A stretch of 64,000 bases of DNA from Octopus sinensis (taxonomy: Eukaryota). Shown one piece after another: positions 48,831-63,112 of the stretch. The notes below the pieces were generated by a model. It worked only from the letters and a program-made list of their open reading frames with translations. It did not search any database and was not told the DNA's origin. Position numbers and translations under genes: made by a program. The stretch's first letter is position 1, and each line of letters begins with the position of its first letter. The stretch is from contig NC_043010.1 in NCBI RefSeq assembly GCF_006345805.1, positions 25,358,001 to 25,422,000 of the forward strand, written 5' to 3'.

Positions 48831-51800
48831 TCTGTCAATCCACGGCTTGTGTTTATGTCCCCTAAACTTAACTGTTCGGTAAAACAGACTGATAGGATAA
48901 AAACCAGGCTTTAAAAGAAACAAGCACTGGGGGCGATTCATTCAACTAAAACTTTTTCAAGCCGTTGCCCCAGCATGGCCTCAGTTTAATGACTGAAACA
49001 AGTAAAAGATAAAACATTCTATAATCAGTGAAATAAATGCTTCTATCAATCGTCTTAACCCTCCCCCCATCCACACACACACGAATTTAAAGCTTTGCAC
49101 AACTATCAGAAATCAAAGGGATGGTCTGTAACAAATCTGGTGGGATTCTGATCAGTTTGGAGCAATCAAAAACTTTTGTTGACTTTGGCAACAGTCCTTA
49201 AACCAGCAGCTGCTTTTGGTCCTGTTTTCCAAGATTAGATCACTTCAACACATTGACATCTGTTCAGTAATCAGAATATATGGCTACATATCACAACTGT
49301 TTTGATTTGCATGCTCTGTCTTTCAAGGATATCCCCTCTCATTCCTTCTGTATGTACTGACTCTCAGGCCACTATTACAGAAATTGGAGGTGTTGAAGGC
49401 ATCTGGTTCAAACTGGAATGCAGGTGAGCCATGTTGACACTGTGCAGACTTTAACAGTGTCACTTCAACAGTGTCAGACACCATAGATGATGAGTTGGTT
49501 GGCATCATTTTAAAGCAGTAAGAAATAGGGATAAAGCACTGATTAACAATGGGCTTGCAACTTGGTTAATTAGAAAGACAAGTCCATGTTGTTAGACAGT
49601 GTTGTGAGGCATAGGATGGATGGACCAGTAAGTTGCCCTGGGTCTGGTTTCGTCTAGATTTCCATGTGGTTAGGAAGTGAAATGAGGCTTCAAGCAGAGT
49701 AGTCAGTTCACCTAGAAATAGGTTGAGAGAAAACTGTTCTGTAAGGTTAGTGACCAACAGATATATAGACTTTGTTATATATTGTTGCCCGTCTTGTTAT
49801 ATACTGTTGCATGGCAATGCACACCCTCATATGGCCACCCACACTGTTGAAACCATTGAAAAATTGTTTCAAGCAGCTGGAACACCCTCCATACAGTGCA
49901 AATGTCCCTTTGAAGTATCACTTCTTTGGACCACTCAAACATCCTTTACAAGATTGTTGATTTGCAATAAAGGAAGAAGTGCATGAATAGTTGCGTGACT
50001 AGCCAAAAATCTTCTCCAATGGAACTAGCAAGCTTGTGGACTGCTGGAAGAAGTACGTCGAAAGAAAAGAGACTGTGTCAAAAAAAATTGTGTAATTGTT
50101 CAAACCCAGCTTTTGTTTTAATAAATTGCAGAAACAAGAATGCATATAATTTTTGACCTAAACTTGAACATAGGTACAAGGTACTGGCATGGCTGTGTGG
50201 TTAAAAGGCTTGCATTCAAACTATGTGGCTTTGTGTTCAGTCCTACTGCACAGGATGTTGTGAAAGTGACATCTACCAAAGCCCAGTGAGTAGATTTGGT
50301 CGATAGAAACTGAAAGAAACCTATTTGTGTGTGTGTGCGAGCATGACCTTGTTTTGAAACCATGTGATGGTTGTAAATGAGCATCAGCATCAAACGGGTG
50401 TTGTTTGTTTCCAGTCTTCTGTGAAAAGCATGTCTGGCCATGAGGAAATATTACCTTGCTTGGAAAAGGTGAGGGTTGGTGGCTGAAAAGGCATCTAGCT
50501 GTAGAAAATCTGCCTAAACAATTTCCACCTGACCCATGTAAGCATGGAAAACTTGATGGTGGTGGTGGTGATGGTGACACTACTGCGGCTGCTGCACAAA
50601 GCTTGATTTTTTTCATTTTTCATGATGAGAGAAAAAGGTTAATTGATCAAACTGACATCAGTATTTGACTGGTACTTTAATTTATCAGTCCCAGATGTGA
50701 GAAAGGCAAAGCTGGCCTCAGCAGAATTTGAACTCAGATTGTAAAGGTAATTATGCTAACTTTTTGCCCATTTTTAATAATAATTGTTTCTAATTTTGGT
50801 ACAATGTCAGCAATAATGAGATCTGGGGGTGCTAATCAATAGCATTACATCTTTATTAGTTTATTTTATCAGCCCCTCCTCCCCACCACTGCCAAAAAAA
50901 GATGAACCTCAACAAGATTTGAACTAAGAAATACTGCAAGGCATTCTGTCCCAATTCTCAACAATTCAGCCAATTAATCCACTGCCTTTTTTAAAAATAG
51001 AAATATATAGCAAGATTATTGAAGTATTCACCTATAAATAAATATAACAGCTATAATTTTGTTTTGGCTAATATTGATTCTAAATTTGTGCTTATTTTCA
51101 GTTCTCCCATTTTAAAAATAGAGATAACTATAAAAGTATTATTTTATTTTATTTGACGGAAATGTAATGCTTTTTTTTTTTATATAACATTCTAGGGTTT
51201 TGGTGGGGTTTATTTAAAAATTATTTTTTTCCAATAGAGAGAGCAGTTTAAACTGAGGATCATGTTAACACATTTTCTATTTTAGATTATCATCATAAAA
51301 TACTTTTTTGGAGTTTATTTTTATCAAATTTTATTCATTGGCTAGGTGGGTAGACCTCTGTGTGTGTGATATCTTCATCATCATTTTATATTTATTTTTC
51401 TTTAGTGGCACAAGCTGAAAGATTTGTTCCATCATCACAGGAAATGATAAAGAATCACAACAAGTGATTCTTTGTCATTTCCTTTGAGAGTCATCAGTCT
51501 AAAATCAACCTTCACCCGCTCTACATGCAGAATTCCAGATTGAATTTGGATTAAACTTTCACTTTATCAACAGCATAGCTGTACATGGCTTGCAACACTC
51601 ACACAAGCCATTCATCTACTTACTGTTCTCCCAACAACCAATGAATTACACAGTGTGGTGCTTTGTTAAAAGCATTTTCCAAGTCGACAAATGCTTGTTA
51701 AAGTGGTTTGCTTGTAGCTAAGCACTTCTGTAACTTTGCCTCGTTAAAAATAGAACAATGGCTGGTGATATTCATGTGCAGTGGCGGACTGGCCAGGTTG

Positions 51801-54800
51801 CCAGCTTACCTGATGGCAAGTGGGTCCCTGCACCATTAAAATCCGTATATGGAGGCCCATCCCCTCAAATTTGAGAATTTTTTATTCACTCCTGGAAGAA
51901 TGCATTAATTATTTCAGCCTGGTCATATTTGTAGACAGTTGAAAAGAATACTTTTAACAAAAAAAAAAAAAATTGAATGATAGCATTGTAGTTGCGGGTG
52001 GGCCCCCTTAGTCTCCTGGCAACCAATATTTTTAGACCCAGTCCCCCACTGCTCATATGTTGCACAAACTTCAGACAACATCTCAGCTAAACTAATTTTC
52101 TTCCTAATTAGCTGTGCTATAACTCCTTGCTTCTTTCATAAATTAATTTCCATCAAGCTAACACCTCTGTTGTTGCTGCTTTCTCAATCAGTTTTGTCTT
52201 TAGCAGTTGTTGTTGATGATACTCTGCTAGTCCTTGGGAACAATGCCTCTCTGTCCTACTTGATTGATAATATGAATAACTAGTGTGTGTCTTTATCAAA
52301 TATTTTCAATATCTTGACAATTAGCCTCAGGATTCTGCTGTTTTCTCTACCTCTCAAATCCTTAATGTATTTTTTTCTATTGTTGTAATCCACCTTAATA
52401 GACAGTTCTTCTTTTGAATCTCCTTCAGGGTTGTCTGTCTCTCTCTCTCTCTTCTATATATTCTCTTCATAGCAGTATTTCTATGCCTCTTTCTTCTCAC
52501 CAGCAGTGGGAATGAGTGTACCACTATCATATACATGTATATGGACCTACAAATTGATATACATGTGCATATGTCTATACACACATGCACACATACAAAC
52601 ACACAATTATATAAAGACATGGATTTTTTTTTAATTTCAGCTCCTTGCTCAAGCAGCAAAAAATTTTGCATTCCAAGAAAACACCATCAACAATTCTTTA
52701 GAGGTAAGTTGTAGATGTAATACTTCTACATAGTACAACATTATTTGTTGCTGTATACATTATATATTTACATATTTAGCTGATTAAAAGTTATTATTAA
52801 TTAGAATATAGTTCTTTGGACTATTAACCTCTCTTGCCTTTAGAGATGAACATTGTTACAATCAGTTTGACATCTTATCTTTATCAAGTTTCTTACTCCT
52901 GAATGTGTACATGGTACAAGACTGGATTCAAACTAGTATCCTTTATTTTTTATGGTACTACAGCCTTAAACAAAACTTTATTTGGTCTAAAGGGAAAGAA
53001 AAGCTTTTGTTAACAACATTTATAAACTCTCCAAAACTAGTGAGATTGGCTTGGTGAATGTTCCTTTCAAAATATTGCAAGTGAATAGCTGCAGAGAATT
53101 CCAAATTGCCTACATCCTGATGCTCATAGTGGGTAGTGTTAAATGAATATTGAGGATGAGAGGAGGAAAGAACAAAGATCAAACCAATTGAATTGTGTAG
53201 ATGTAAATATGAAAAAAATTTTCCTTTCCATCTTTAAAGAAAAAGATAGTAATCTTAAAAATTATAATCGTATATTCAATGATTCCTTCTCTTCCGCATT
53301 TCTTAGTGACAGCATGGATGACTGACTTTATAGGATACCAGACAACCAACCAGAAATTGATAGTTCATACCATATCACAAGTGATTCAGTGCATGAATAA
53401 CCAAGACATTTAGTGCCCAACAGCCCAGCCATCTCATTTTAAATAGGTACCATAGCAGGGTGAAATCAGCAACAGTAAGGAAACATTAATGAGGGATATT
53501 TGAAGAATTTATTAAAATAACATTGTCATTATTAATCTGGTGCTTGAAATATATTTTTTCATGAAATTTGGATCACTACAAAATAAAGAATTTGTATCAT
53601 AGATCAGGGGCTGTCTCAAGGTAGTTCTTATCAAAAGGAGTTAATTATGATGATGATGATAACAACACTTTTTATAGGGCCTCCATTAGTTACAGTTGAC
53701 CATGCATCTGCATCTATATGTGCTGGCCTAGGCAAGGATTTTTCGTGAAGGACTTGAAGTTGTTCATACAGGCAAATCTTCACTCTCCTTGCCTCCAGTG
53801 TTATCCAAGGAAGAGGATATTCTAATTGGCCAATAAAGCTTGGCACCATCGTTGTTGAAGGCATTTCCTTCAGAATGCAAAGAGGTAGTACACTTACTGC
53901 AAGACATCTTGTCTGATGTTTTAACAGTTCCACCAATCCCTGGTTTGATACTATTTTTTTTATCTATGAAATGATGGAAATTGACCTTGCAGGAATTTGA
54001 ACTCAGAACATAGAAAGTTAGAATAAACACCAATATATTTCTAGTATTTATTGATTCTATAAACTCAGTGGGACTAATCTAAATACTATAACAAACCTGA
54101 TGCTTCTAAATATCACAGAACAGTAGGGTCTATCATAGAAATATATCACATAGTAATATTCTAATGCCTCTTCCAATTTGCCATCTAATGACAACAGTAC
54201 TGATGATTAAGTAGGACTGACTAAATTCGTTATTGCATGTAGTTTATTATTGCAGTTTTCTGACTCCAAATTCTGGTTGATTAAAGGTAAGCTATACTAC
54301 TTGTCCTTATCATCCTTATTATTTTATAATAGTCATTTTCCATGCTCTCTTATCATGGAAATGTTTATAATACCTCGAATACCTTTTGAACAGCTTTAAT
54401 TTTGGGGTGTGAAATATATGAGAGAAATTTCCATTCCTGGACAATCTTAGTTACTTTCTCAACAGGTAAATCAAGGTCTGTAAAAGTAAGTGATGATTAA
54501 TAAATGTGGAATATAGCTGACAAATTATAGAGGGATAAGACTAAATGCAGTCAGGGACATAGTCCAGTCCTTTTGCCATTTTTTATTAAATTCCACTGCC
54601 ATTTTCTAACAAGGCTGTATAAACCACTGCACCTTCCAGTTGAGATAACACAAGCAACTAATGAACACAACTGGGATTACAAATATACACGATTTTAACA
54701 TTATCAATAACTTCTTAGTGTGTGAATTATTTAGGAAGTGTTTTACTTTCTAAAGAATTCATAAATTTTTTAACGTTCTTGTGCAGTAGACTACAATTTT

Positions 54801-57276
54801 TTATATTTGATTAGCAGTTTTAGGATGTTATATTATTACTTAGCAATTCACTTGCAACTTCAGCAAGCATTATGACAGCTATTCTTTACTGATGAGAAAA
54901 GAATAAGACTAAATTGTGTCCAGAGTTGTCTTCCATGCTTACTTGAACAATGAAAATACAATTAGTCACTGACTAACATTGTTTATTCAGTATTAATTAT
55001 TTATTTCTAGTAAACTTTTTGATACGTCATAAATTAATCATTAACTTAACTCTTTTTCATCAGTAATCTTGCTAAGTAAAGAGAGTAAATACTGTTCCTT
55101 CAGTGTGGTATTTTATCAGAACCTAAATGCTATTGATTCCTTTTTTTTTTTTCTCACTCAACATGTTTTGATTCTCCTTGCAGACATTAAAGAAAATGGA
55201 CATGATAAAATCTCAGCTTGAATTTCAGTAAGTCTTTGTTAACATCTCCTCATTCAACAACAGTGACAACACCCATAGCCTCTGATGGTTAGCTGGTAAG
55301 GGAGAGAGTGCATGCGATGGTTAATCATAGAAATGGCTGATGACAAGAGTGTGATGGCTGTGCCTAGGAAAAGGAGTGATGGATAGCTATAGAGTAGGGT
55401 GAGATCCCAGTAAAAGAGAGTTTAGATTCAATAATCCAGATGGCAATAGATGTCAATAAAAGAGTGATCTGTAAAAGAAGGAATGTTGGCTTACAGTACA
55501 AGATGGTAAATGAAGTGGTGGATCAGACAACTATAGATCCACTGTAATACCTCTTTATTCAAGCATAGTGATTGGAGTATGACACAGAATATAACAAGGC
55601 TGGCCCTTTGAGATACAGATACTACCCATGTTTGCCAAGTGAGTGAACTCAATCTCCCTGAGAACTAAATTACGACTACGCATGTCTGTGGAGTGCTCAG
55701 CCACTTGCACATTAATTTCATGAGCAGGCTGTTCCATTGATCAGATCAACTGGAACACTCATTGTCATAACTGATAGAGTGCCAGTGTGTGTGATTGGAG
55801 TCTATGTGTGTATGTAATAAAGCACAATCAGTTCAGCTTGTTAACATTGGAAAATATGACTTTCTCAAAATATAACTTATAAAGAATGCATTAGGGTGAA
55901 CTCATATCCACAACATTTAACATTTTAAAATTTCACACACACACACACACACTCACTCACAATCATGCAATTTTCAACCTTCATCCAGCTCCCAACATTT
56001 TTTTCAAACAGTAAAATTTTGCATGCATACATATATATATATAAACCTCATAAATACAGTCACATAATTAAATATTTTAATTTTGATGCATCATCTATAA
56101 TTTATCTAACTCCTGCAGATAATCTATATAGTGAATCTGATGTAAACATGAATATGTTGATGTAAAACCAAACCAGAATGTTCACCATTTCAAAATTTTG
56201 CTGAAAAGCATCTGGCCAAAGTGAATAGGTACATTTGACCATGCAATCTGCAACTACTGTTATTATTATAATCCACCCTCAGTGGATTATAATGATAAGA
56301 GTGGTGGCAATGTCAGCTAAAACAAACAATGATGACACTTAGACTTTGCAATGTAATTTTGGCAAAGCTTTGCAAGTGAGATCATGCTGTATAAATAAGT
56401 CCATCAGTGAGATGTGTATGAGTGAGGAGGGAGGGCTACCATTTGGAAGAATTTTGAAATTTTAAGATTTTGTTGGTTCATACTCGGGGATGGAGTAGTT
56501 TAAGATTATTCCTTTGATATGTATAGCAGCACACACACATACACATATACACACATGTGCTCACGTGCGCGCACACACACACACACACACACATTGCTTT
56601 CTTTGACGATAGTGTATTAACCTGAATCTGTTTGCTTTTCCTTTCAGGTTTGCAGCTGTAGAACGTAGGTAAGTTTAGTGCCAAAGAATTTTCTGTTTCA
56701 ATAAAACTAACATTATATTCTATTTTGGTTGGGAAAGAGGAGGTGGTTTTATATAAAAGAAATTTATTGATCTATAACCTATTTCAATTAAAATTTTAAT
56801 TATTAATAGATCTGCAGTAAAAATTACTGAAGATCTATCTCTGTGATGTGTTCTTTACCTTAAATAAAATATTTCAAATATTCATGAGTATGAAACCTAT
56901 CAGCTTTATCTATTTGTAATTTATTCATATCATGCTTAGGATCAGGGAATTATTCTTCTTGTCATCACTATAGTGCCTCTCTCTCTCTCTCTCTCTCGAA
57001 TGGTACAAAAAGAAAACATATGTGAGTGTTGTAATGAATGTATATATGTATGTGTCATCCCACCATGTTGGACAGCTGAACTCTACACAGTTTTTCTCTT
57101 TCTGTTTTTTTTGTTATTCTCTCTTCATTTTTTCCTCTTATTCTTTTCTGTCGAAGAGCGAGGGCTTGAAATGTAAAAGACTTTTCCATTTTTCCTGAGC
57201 AGTAAACTAATACACCTGCTTGTTGTTCCTACACCTGTCTTCATATTTCGTTTTTTTTTTTTATTTTGTAAATTTG

Positions 57277-57316
<40 letters not shown>

Positions 57317-57967
57317 TTGTTTATTTTTGACTAATTCATTTTGAATTACCCTGTATATACTGGAGGGAAGGTAGAGAACAGGTGACAACTGCAGAGATTG
57401 AGCAGGGTTGACAAGTAGATGTAGTGAATGGTGGATAAGGACTGGTGGGGAGTGATAAATGATACACATGAGTTGCAGGAAGAGCAGAAGATAGACTGAC
57501 CATGCAGAAAAGGGTGGGTGGGTGAAGAGCAGTAACATAGTAAGGAGAAGGATGAGAAAGAGTGAAAGAGAGAGAGAAAGTGTGTGTGTAGTTTAGTAGG
57601 GTGCAAGAGTCTGAGTAGAGACAGGCAAGTGTAGCATGTGGAAAAAGTGAGAGATGCATGGTGGTAACAAAGGATAATTTGATTGCATAGAAGGGTGATC
57701 ACTGAAAAATGTGTGTGGAGAGGGAGATCATTAAGAATGAAGGAAGGATTGCCTTTTATCTTGTTACACAATCAATAAAATAAGTACAGGTTGTGTAATA
57801 CATTAAGGATAATCCAATCAGTTCTATTCCTTCCTCTATAAATTTGATGTGTTCTTACCAAATATTGAAAATCCTTCGTGTTGCATTTCCTTTTTATTTT
57901 TTATTCTTTGTCCAGCACTGTGACATTGGATGACATTCAAGACCAGCTAAAAACTATTCAAAGATGA
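47362..57967 (+). CDS. BORCS7: BLOC-1-related complex subunit 7 gene span (5 coding exons, 99 aa)
   Basis: The spliced product MASANWNQETKSRLNDKISGNMNDLGSLARQIVRGSHSSE-LLAQAAKNFAFQENTINNSLE-TLKKMDMIKSQLEFQ-FAAVERS-TVTLDDIQDQLKTIQR* is colinear with remembered human BORCS7 (KGSRSSELLGQAARNM...SLRKM...LQYQ...DLQDQL). Confidence 0.92.
48168..48331. mobile_element. Tigger/pogo-type MITE
   Basis: TA-CAGTAATTCCTCGACTATCGC...GCGATATGGCAAGAGATTACTG-TA. Confidence 0.7.
49790..50168 (+). mobile_element. Degraded mariner transposase 3' fragment
   Basis: ILLHGNAHPH...LEHPPYS...YHFFGPLK across frames. Confidence 0.65.
51500..52400 (-). mobile_element. Highly degraded RTE LINE fragment
   Basis: Minus strand reads KPL*QAFVDLENAF plus other RT remnants; boundaries approximate. 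Confidence 0.5.
51779..52051. mobile_element. hAT-type MITE nested in the degraded RTE
   Basis: TIR CAGTGGCGGACTGG / CCAGTCCCCCACTG; 8-bp TSD ttcatgtg/ctcatatg. Confidence 0.75.
52641..52703 (+). CDS. BORCS7: BORCS7 exon 2
   Basis: tttcag|LLAQAAKNFAFQENTINNSLE|gtaagt. Confidence 0.93.
55184..55227 (+). CDS. BORCS7: BORCS7 exon 3
   Basis: ccttgcag|TLKKMDMIKSQLEF+CA|gtaagt. Confidence 0.9.
56648..56668 (+). CDS. BORCS7: BORCS7 exon 4 (21-nt microexon)
   Basis: ttttcctttcag|G TTT GCA GCT GTA GAA CGT AG|gtaagt; phase 2/2; fills the gap corresponding to human QEAIQKN. Confidence 0.85.
   Translation, partial: VCSCRT
57916..57967 (+). CDS. BORCS7: BORCS7 exon 5 (last coding exon)
   Basis: tttgtccag|C ACT GTG...AGA TGA; AATAAA at 58030, 58138 and 58179. 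Confidence 0.88.
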
Positions 57968-58352
57968 CACAGCTTATCCTATAGTCAAATCTTCTTTAGA
58001 AAAACAACCAGATTCCACAAAAGAAAAGGAATAAAAAGAAAGAGAAAAAAAAACAAAATCTTTTTTCAGCTCTGCTAATTTCCAAGAAAATATTTCAACT
58101 GTTTACTAATTGCCTTGCATTGATTGTCTTTAAATGAAATAAAGTATAAAATATAAATTATGAAAAAGCATTCCTTTTAATAAAGATTTGTTTCTGTATG
58201 TATGTGTGTGTGTGTGAGTAATATTGAGATTATTAAAATTATTTTAAACTTTGAAATTGTGTTTGTTGTTCTTTGAAATTTGTATGACATTGTTTTTTTA
58301 CAGAGAAACTGACAAACGTTTCCCTTGTCTACACATGTGTCTGTTCACTAAT

Positions 58353-58812
58353 TACACTGTGTAACATGATTTTTGTCCTTGGGCAGCAACTGTTATTTCC
58401 TATTTGTTTACCCCTAGAAAGTATGAAAAATGGCTAATATTTCCCTCAAATTTTGCCTTTGTTACATTTATTCAAACCTCAAAAAATCCCTCTCAACACA
58501 TGACTATGATGCTCCCCCACTACACCTGCTCATGATCAAAGATGCACATATTGTCAGCTACTAAGGGACATGTTCAAGTGGTTAACGTTGAGCAAAATAT
58601 TTGCTATAACGATATTTCTTCTTCAGCTCAGCACTGAATCTGTCTGAAATGTAATGGAAAATTGGTCAGTTTCAAAACATTAACATCCAGGTCACAAAAA
58701 CAAAGTCTGAAGGGAATAGTAATTTTCTTTTGATTTCTAGATAGAAACAACTAGGAAATAACACTTACTGACCAAAGACAAAAAAAAAAAATTAAAATTT
58801 TGTTACACAATA
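58353..58812. mobile_element. Degraded Tc1/mariner-type MITE downstream of the BORCS7 stop
   Basis: Inverted ends tgtgtaaca...tgttatttccta / taggaaataaca...tgttacaca; TA flanks. Confidence 0.55.
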
Positions 58813-60249
58813 TTATTAACAATTGCTTTGCTAATAGTGTCATTCACTTCCAGTCCATTATGAAAATAAGTCCAAGCCTCTTGATGTGTTGCACAACTTT
58901 ATAAAGAAAAATCTCATTCGTACAGTGTCATTTGTTTTCAATTCTTCACGCAAGCTTGCCTAGAATTGGAAAGTGGAGAGGGGCATCAAGCCGTAGAAAA
59001 TTCCAACTCAAAATACTCTCATCTGACCCATGCAAGCTTGGAGAAGTTGATGATGATAATGATGGTGGTGGTCCAGAATGACGATTAAGCATGTGTATAG
59101 ACATGAGGTGAGCACAACACAGCAGATATAATTCTATATTCTAAACAAGAGTAGCTCAGTGTGAAAGGATGGTAGGAACGGGAGGTTTTCATTACAGTGA
59201 TCACCTTAAAGCTGTTACTGGCCAGTGAACTTGTATGATGACAGAATACATTCTGTTGAACCATACTAAGGAGACTCAAAAGTCATCAATGGTTTCTACA
59301 ATCCAGCAAAATTTAAAGAACTAAACAATGGCACCACTAATCACTGCTGCTGCTTCTGCAATAGTCTGCTGTTAACTCACTAATGAGGAATCCACTATGT
59401 GGCCTCTTAGTCTGCTAGAAATCATTCCTATCATCTTAGATATACTCAGTCACAGACGAACTGGGAATTACATACCACTGGTGACAACAGCTAATCTGTA
59501 ACTCTTTCCTCCAACTGAAAATGGGGTTTTGAAGCAAATTTCTTAACCATACATCTATCAGAGTCTGCGCCCATCATCATCATCCTTTAACATCCGTTTT
59601 CCATGCTGGCATGGGCTAGACAGTTTGACAGGTATGGAGAGCCAGCAGCTGCACTAGGTTCCAATCTGATCTGGCAATGTTTCTACAGTTGGATGCCCTT
59701 CCTAATGCCAACCACTCATACAAGTTCACTGGCCAGTAACAGCTTTAAGGTGATCACTGTATGCTAATGAAAACCTCCCATTCCTACCATCCATTCACAC
59801 TGAGCTACTTTTGTAGTGGGTGCTGTTTACATGCCACCAGCACAGGAGCCAGTCAGGCAGGCCTGGTATCAATCACATATATATATCAACAACAATAATT
59901 CTTTCAAATTTTTGCACAAGGCCAGCAATTTCAGGGGAGTGGATAAAGCGATTACATCACCCCCCACCTCCGTGTTCAACTGGTTCTTATCTTAAATACC
60001 TTGAAAGAAAAAACGTTAACGATTCTGCTAGTTCACTGCCTTTAATAATCGTTTCTACAATAAGCACAAGGCCTGAAATTTGAGTGCTTGTTGATTACAT
60101 CAACCACAAGCTCAACTTATTCCATTGACCCTGAAAGGATAAAAGGCAAAGTCAATCTCAGTAGCATTTGAACTCAGGATGTAAAGCTTGAAGAAATGCT
60201 GCTCGGCAATGATACCAGCCTTGTGCCAAAATTTGAAGCCAATAATTAT

Positions 60250-60750
60250 AACAAGAACACTCAGAGAGCACAAACCTCTACCAAGGCAACACCAACATCT
60301 TCTCAATGACTAGCTGGTGATGATTTTTAAAATGAGAATATCTGAAATAAACTCGACTGTTCTCACAAACGAGAATATTAAAAGTTAACCTGACTGCTCT
60401 CAAAATTAAGTAAAAAGATAGGAAAAATAATCCAGAATCCTTTTCCAGTACCAGATTGATCCCAAAATCTAATCAGTTCATGCCAGTCATAAGGCCAAAC
60501 ATTCCTGAAATTTTCATCTGAATCCATCCATCAGTTCTTGAGATATCTTGTCCATAGTCAAACAAACAAACACAACTGAAACAATACCTGTTTCTTTACT
60601 ACCCACAAGGGGCTAAACACAGAGAGGACAAACAAGGACAAACAAACAGATTAAGTCGATTACATCGACCCCAGTGCGTAACTGGTACTTAATTTATCGA
60701 CCCTGAAAGGATGAAACAATACCTCCGCCTTCGCTAAGGCAGAGGTAATA
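60250..60750 (-). mobile_element. Helentron-type element with a nested S2 SINE fragment
   Basis: Family match to 13272 and 25346; insert flanked by tgaaacaatacct direct repeats. Confidence 0.6.
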
Positions 60751-61258
60751 ATGGTAATAAAGCAGTTTGGGGGGAGGGGTTAAGTTGATGACATTGATCC
60801 CAGTGTCCAACTAATAATCATTTCGTCAAACCCAAAAGGATAAAAAGCAAAGTTGACCTCAACAAAATTTGAACTCAGTACATAAAGATGGACAAAATGC
60901 CGATAAGCATTTTGCCCAGCATGCTAATGATTCTGCCAGCTCACCTCCTTAATAATAATAATAATAATAATAATATTTCATTTTTGTATTTGGTTTGCAA
61001 GATTCTTTATGTGAATTCCTGTGTTGAAGCATATTTTATTGTGTCTGGGGAGATTCATTCTGTTTTAATGCCTTATTAATGAACACACTCACTAGTTCGA
61101 TTTCCACTCATTTATTTTTTTTTTCTAAAATTTTTGTTGCTTCTTGCAACCTCTTCAATAGTTGTTGACTCTGTCTGTAACTGGAATGCAGATCTCTTAA
61201 CAAACAGAGTTTGCAAGAAGCAATGAAAATTTTAGAAAAAAATAAATAAGTAAATGAG

Positions 61259-61575
61259 TGGCACATGGCTCAGTGGTTAGAGTGTCGAGCTTACGGTCGT
61301 GAGATTGTGAGTTCAAATTCCGGACCGGGCTGTGTGTTGTGTTCTTGAGCAAGACACTTTATTTCACGTTGCTCCAGTTCACTCAGCTGTAGAAATGAGT
61401 TGCGATGTCACAAGTGCTAAGCTGTATCACCCTTTGCCTTTCCCTTGGAAACACTGGTAGCATAGAGAGGGGAGGTTGGTATGCATGGGCAACTGCTGGT
61501 CTTCCATAAACAACGTTGCCTGGACTTGTGCCTAGGTGCAATCTCATGGTCATTCATGACCGAAGGGGGTCTCAA
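61259..61575 (+). mobile_element. tRNA-derived CORE-like SINE (same family as 39630-39970 and 32490-32790)
   Basis: tggctcagtgg A box, gagttcaaattcc B box, ttcttgagcaagacactt core. Confidence 0.8.
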
Positions 61576-62409
61576 GAATAATAGTAATAACATTTTACAT
61601 AGGTACTTGGTCTTAAGTATTTGTGGAGAGGGATATAGTCAATTATATCTGACACTAACATTTGTGTCAATCCTCTGCCTTTATAAGACTGATGTAGCCA
61701 ATTTTATCTAACTGGGAACTTATTTTATCACTTCTCAAGGAATGAATGGCAAAGACAACACTGGTGGGATTTCAAGTCTGAATAATGAAAGACAACCCAT
61801 TTGGCAACCCATTGTTTCTGCTACCACTCCACTACATTCTTTCGATATAATAATTATAATGATTTCTCAAACAACACATTCGTGAAAGGAAGGATAGTGT
61901 CAATTTAATCTCTTAATTGATCTGTCCCACATACACCCTTGATTTTTTTTCTATAATATACACAAGAAGATGAAGTTTACAATGGAACCCCACTGATGAT
62001 TCACCTCACTAATGTTCTACTAATGACTGCTTTTTGTCCAGGAACATGGCCATTTATTTGTTTGTTTGTTTATATATTTATTTATTTCATAGGCTGCTGT
62101 AGTTTAATAGGAGTTGTTTTACTAAATCAGAACGGAGGATGGACAAATTCAGATTTTTAACTCAGAACAAGGAGAGAATGAGAGAGGAAGGAGAGGGGGA
62201 ATGGAAAAGAGGGAGGGAGAAACAGAGACAGACAGACAGAAGTGGCCGGAGAGAGTAAATAAATCTACTGATAAATTTTGTGAGATATGCTAGGGTTTAT
62301 TTCCATGGGCCCCTTGATATCTATCCGAACCCTTCTGTTTTTTGGCAGAATTATTTTAACGCAAATTTAATTATTAAACGATATCTGTTTAATTAGTTGT
62401 TAGAGGATA

Positions 62410-62421
62410 TCTATCTATCTA

Positions 62422-62472
<51 letters not shown>

Positions 62473-63062
62473 ATGTATTTATTTATATATATATATATAT
62501 ATACATACACACTCACACACATATATGTGCATGTGTATAGAGGAATATATATGTATGTGTGGAATATATATGTATGTGTACACACACACGCACACACACA
62601 TCCATATAAATACTCATATATATATATATATATTTATGTATACTGATAATAAAACAGAGTAAAACTGAATATAACTAAATACAAATAACTGATGAGTAAG
62701 TCCAGAGAATTACCCGCTAACATTGACTTCTACATTGAATAACAAAAGACAAATTAAAAATAAGAAAAGTGGTGTGGCTACCTTTAGTAACCATGTATTT
62801 CAGCAGACTTTGAGTACAATAAACGTGTCATTAGTGTTGTTAATGCCAAGCAGAAGTGTTCCTCCTCCTACACAGAGTGGAGAAAGGAAAAAAAATGTTA
62901 AAGATCAAAGCATAAATACATAAAACAAATTATAAATAGGCATAGAACCCAATAAAAAAATGAATAATATTAATAGTATTGTACAAACACACACATACAC
63001 ACACACATTTATATATGGGAATGTATGTATGTATTTGTGTATATATATATATATATATATAT

Positions 63063-63112
<50 letters not shown>

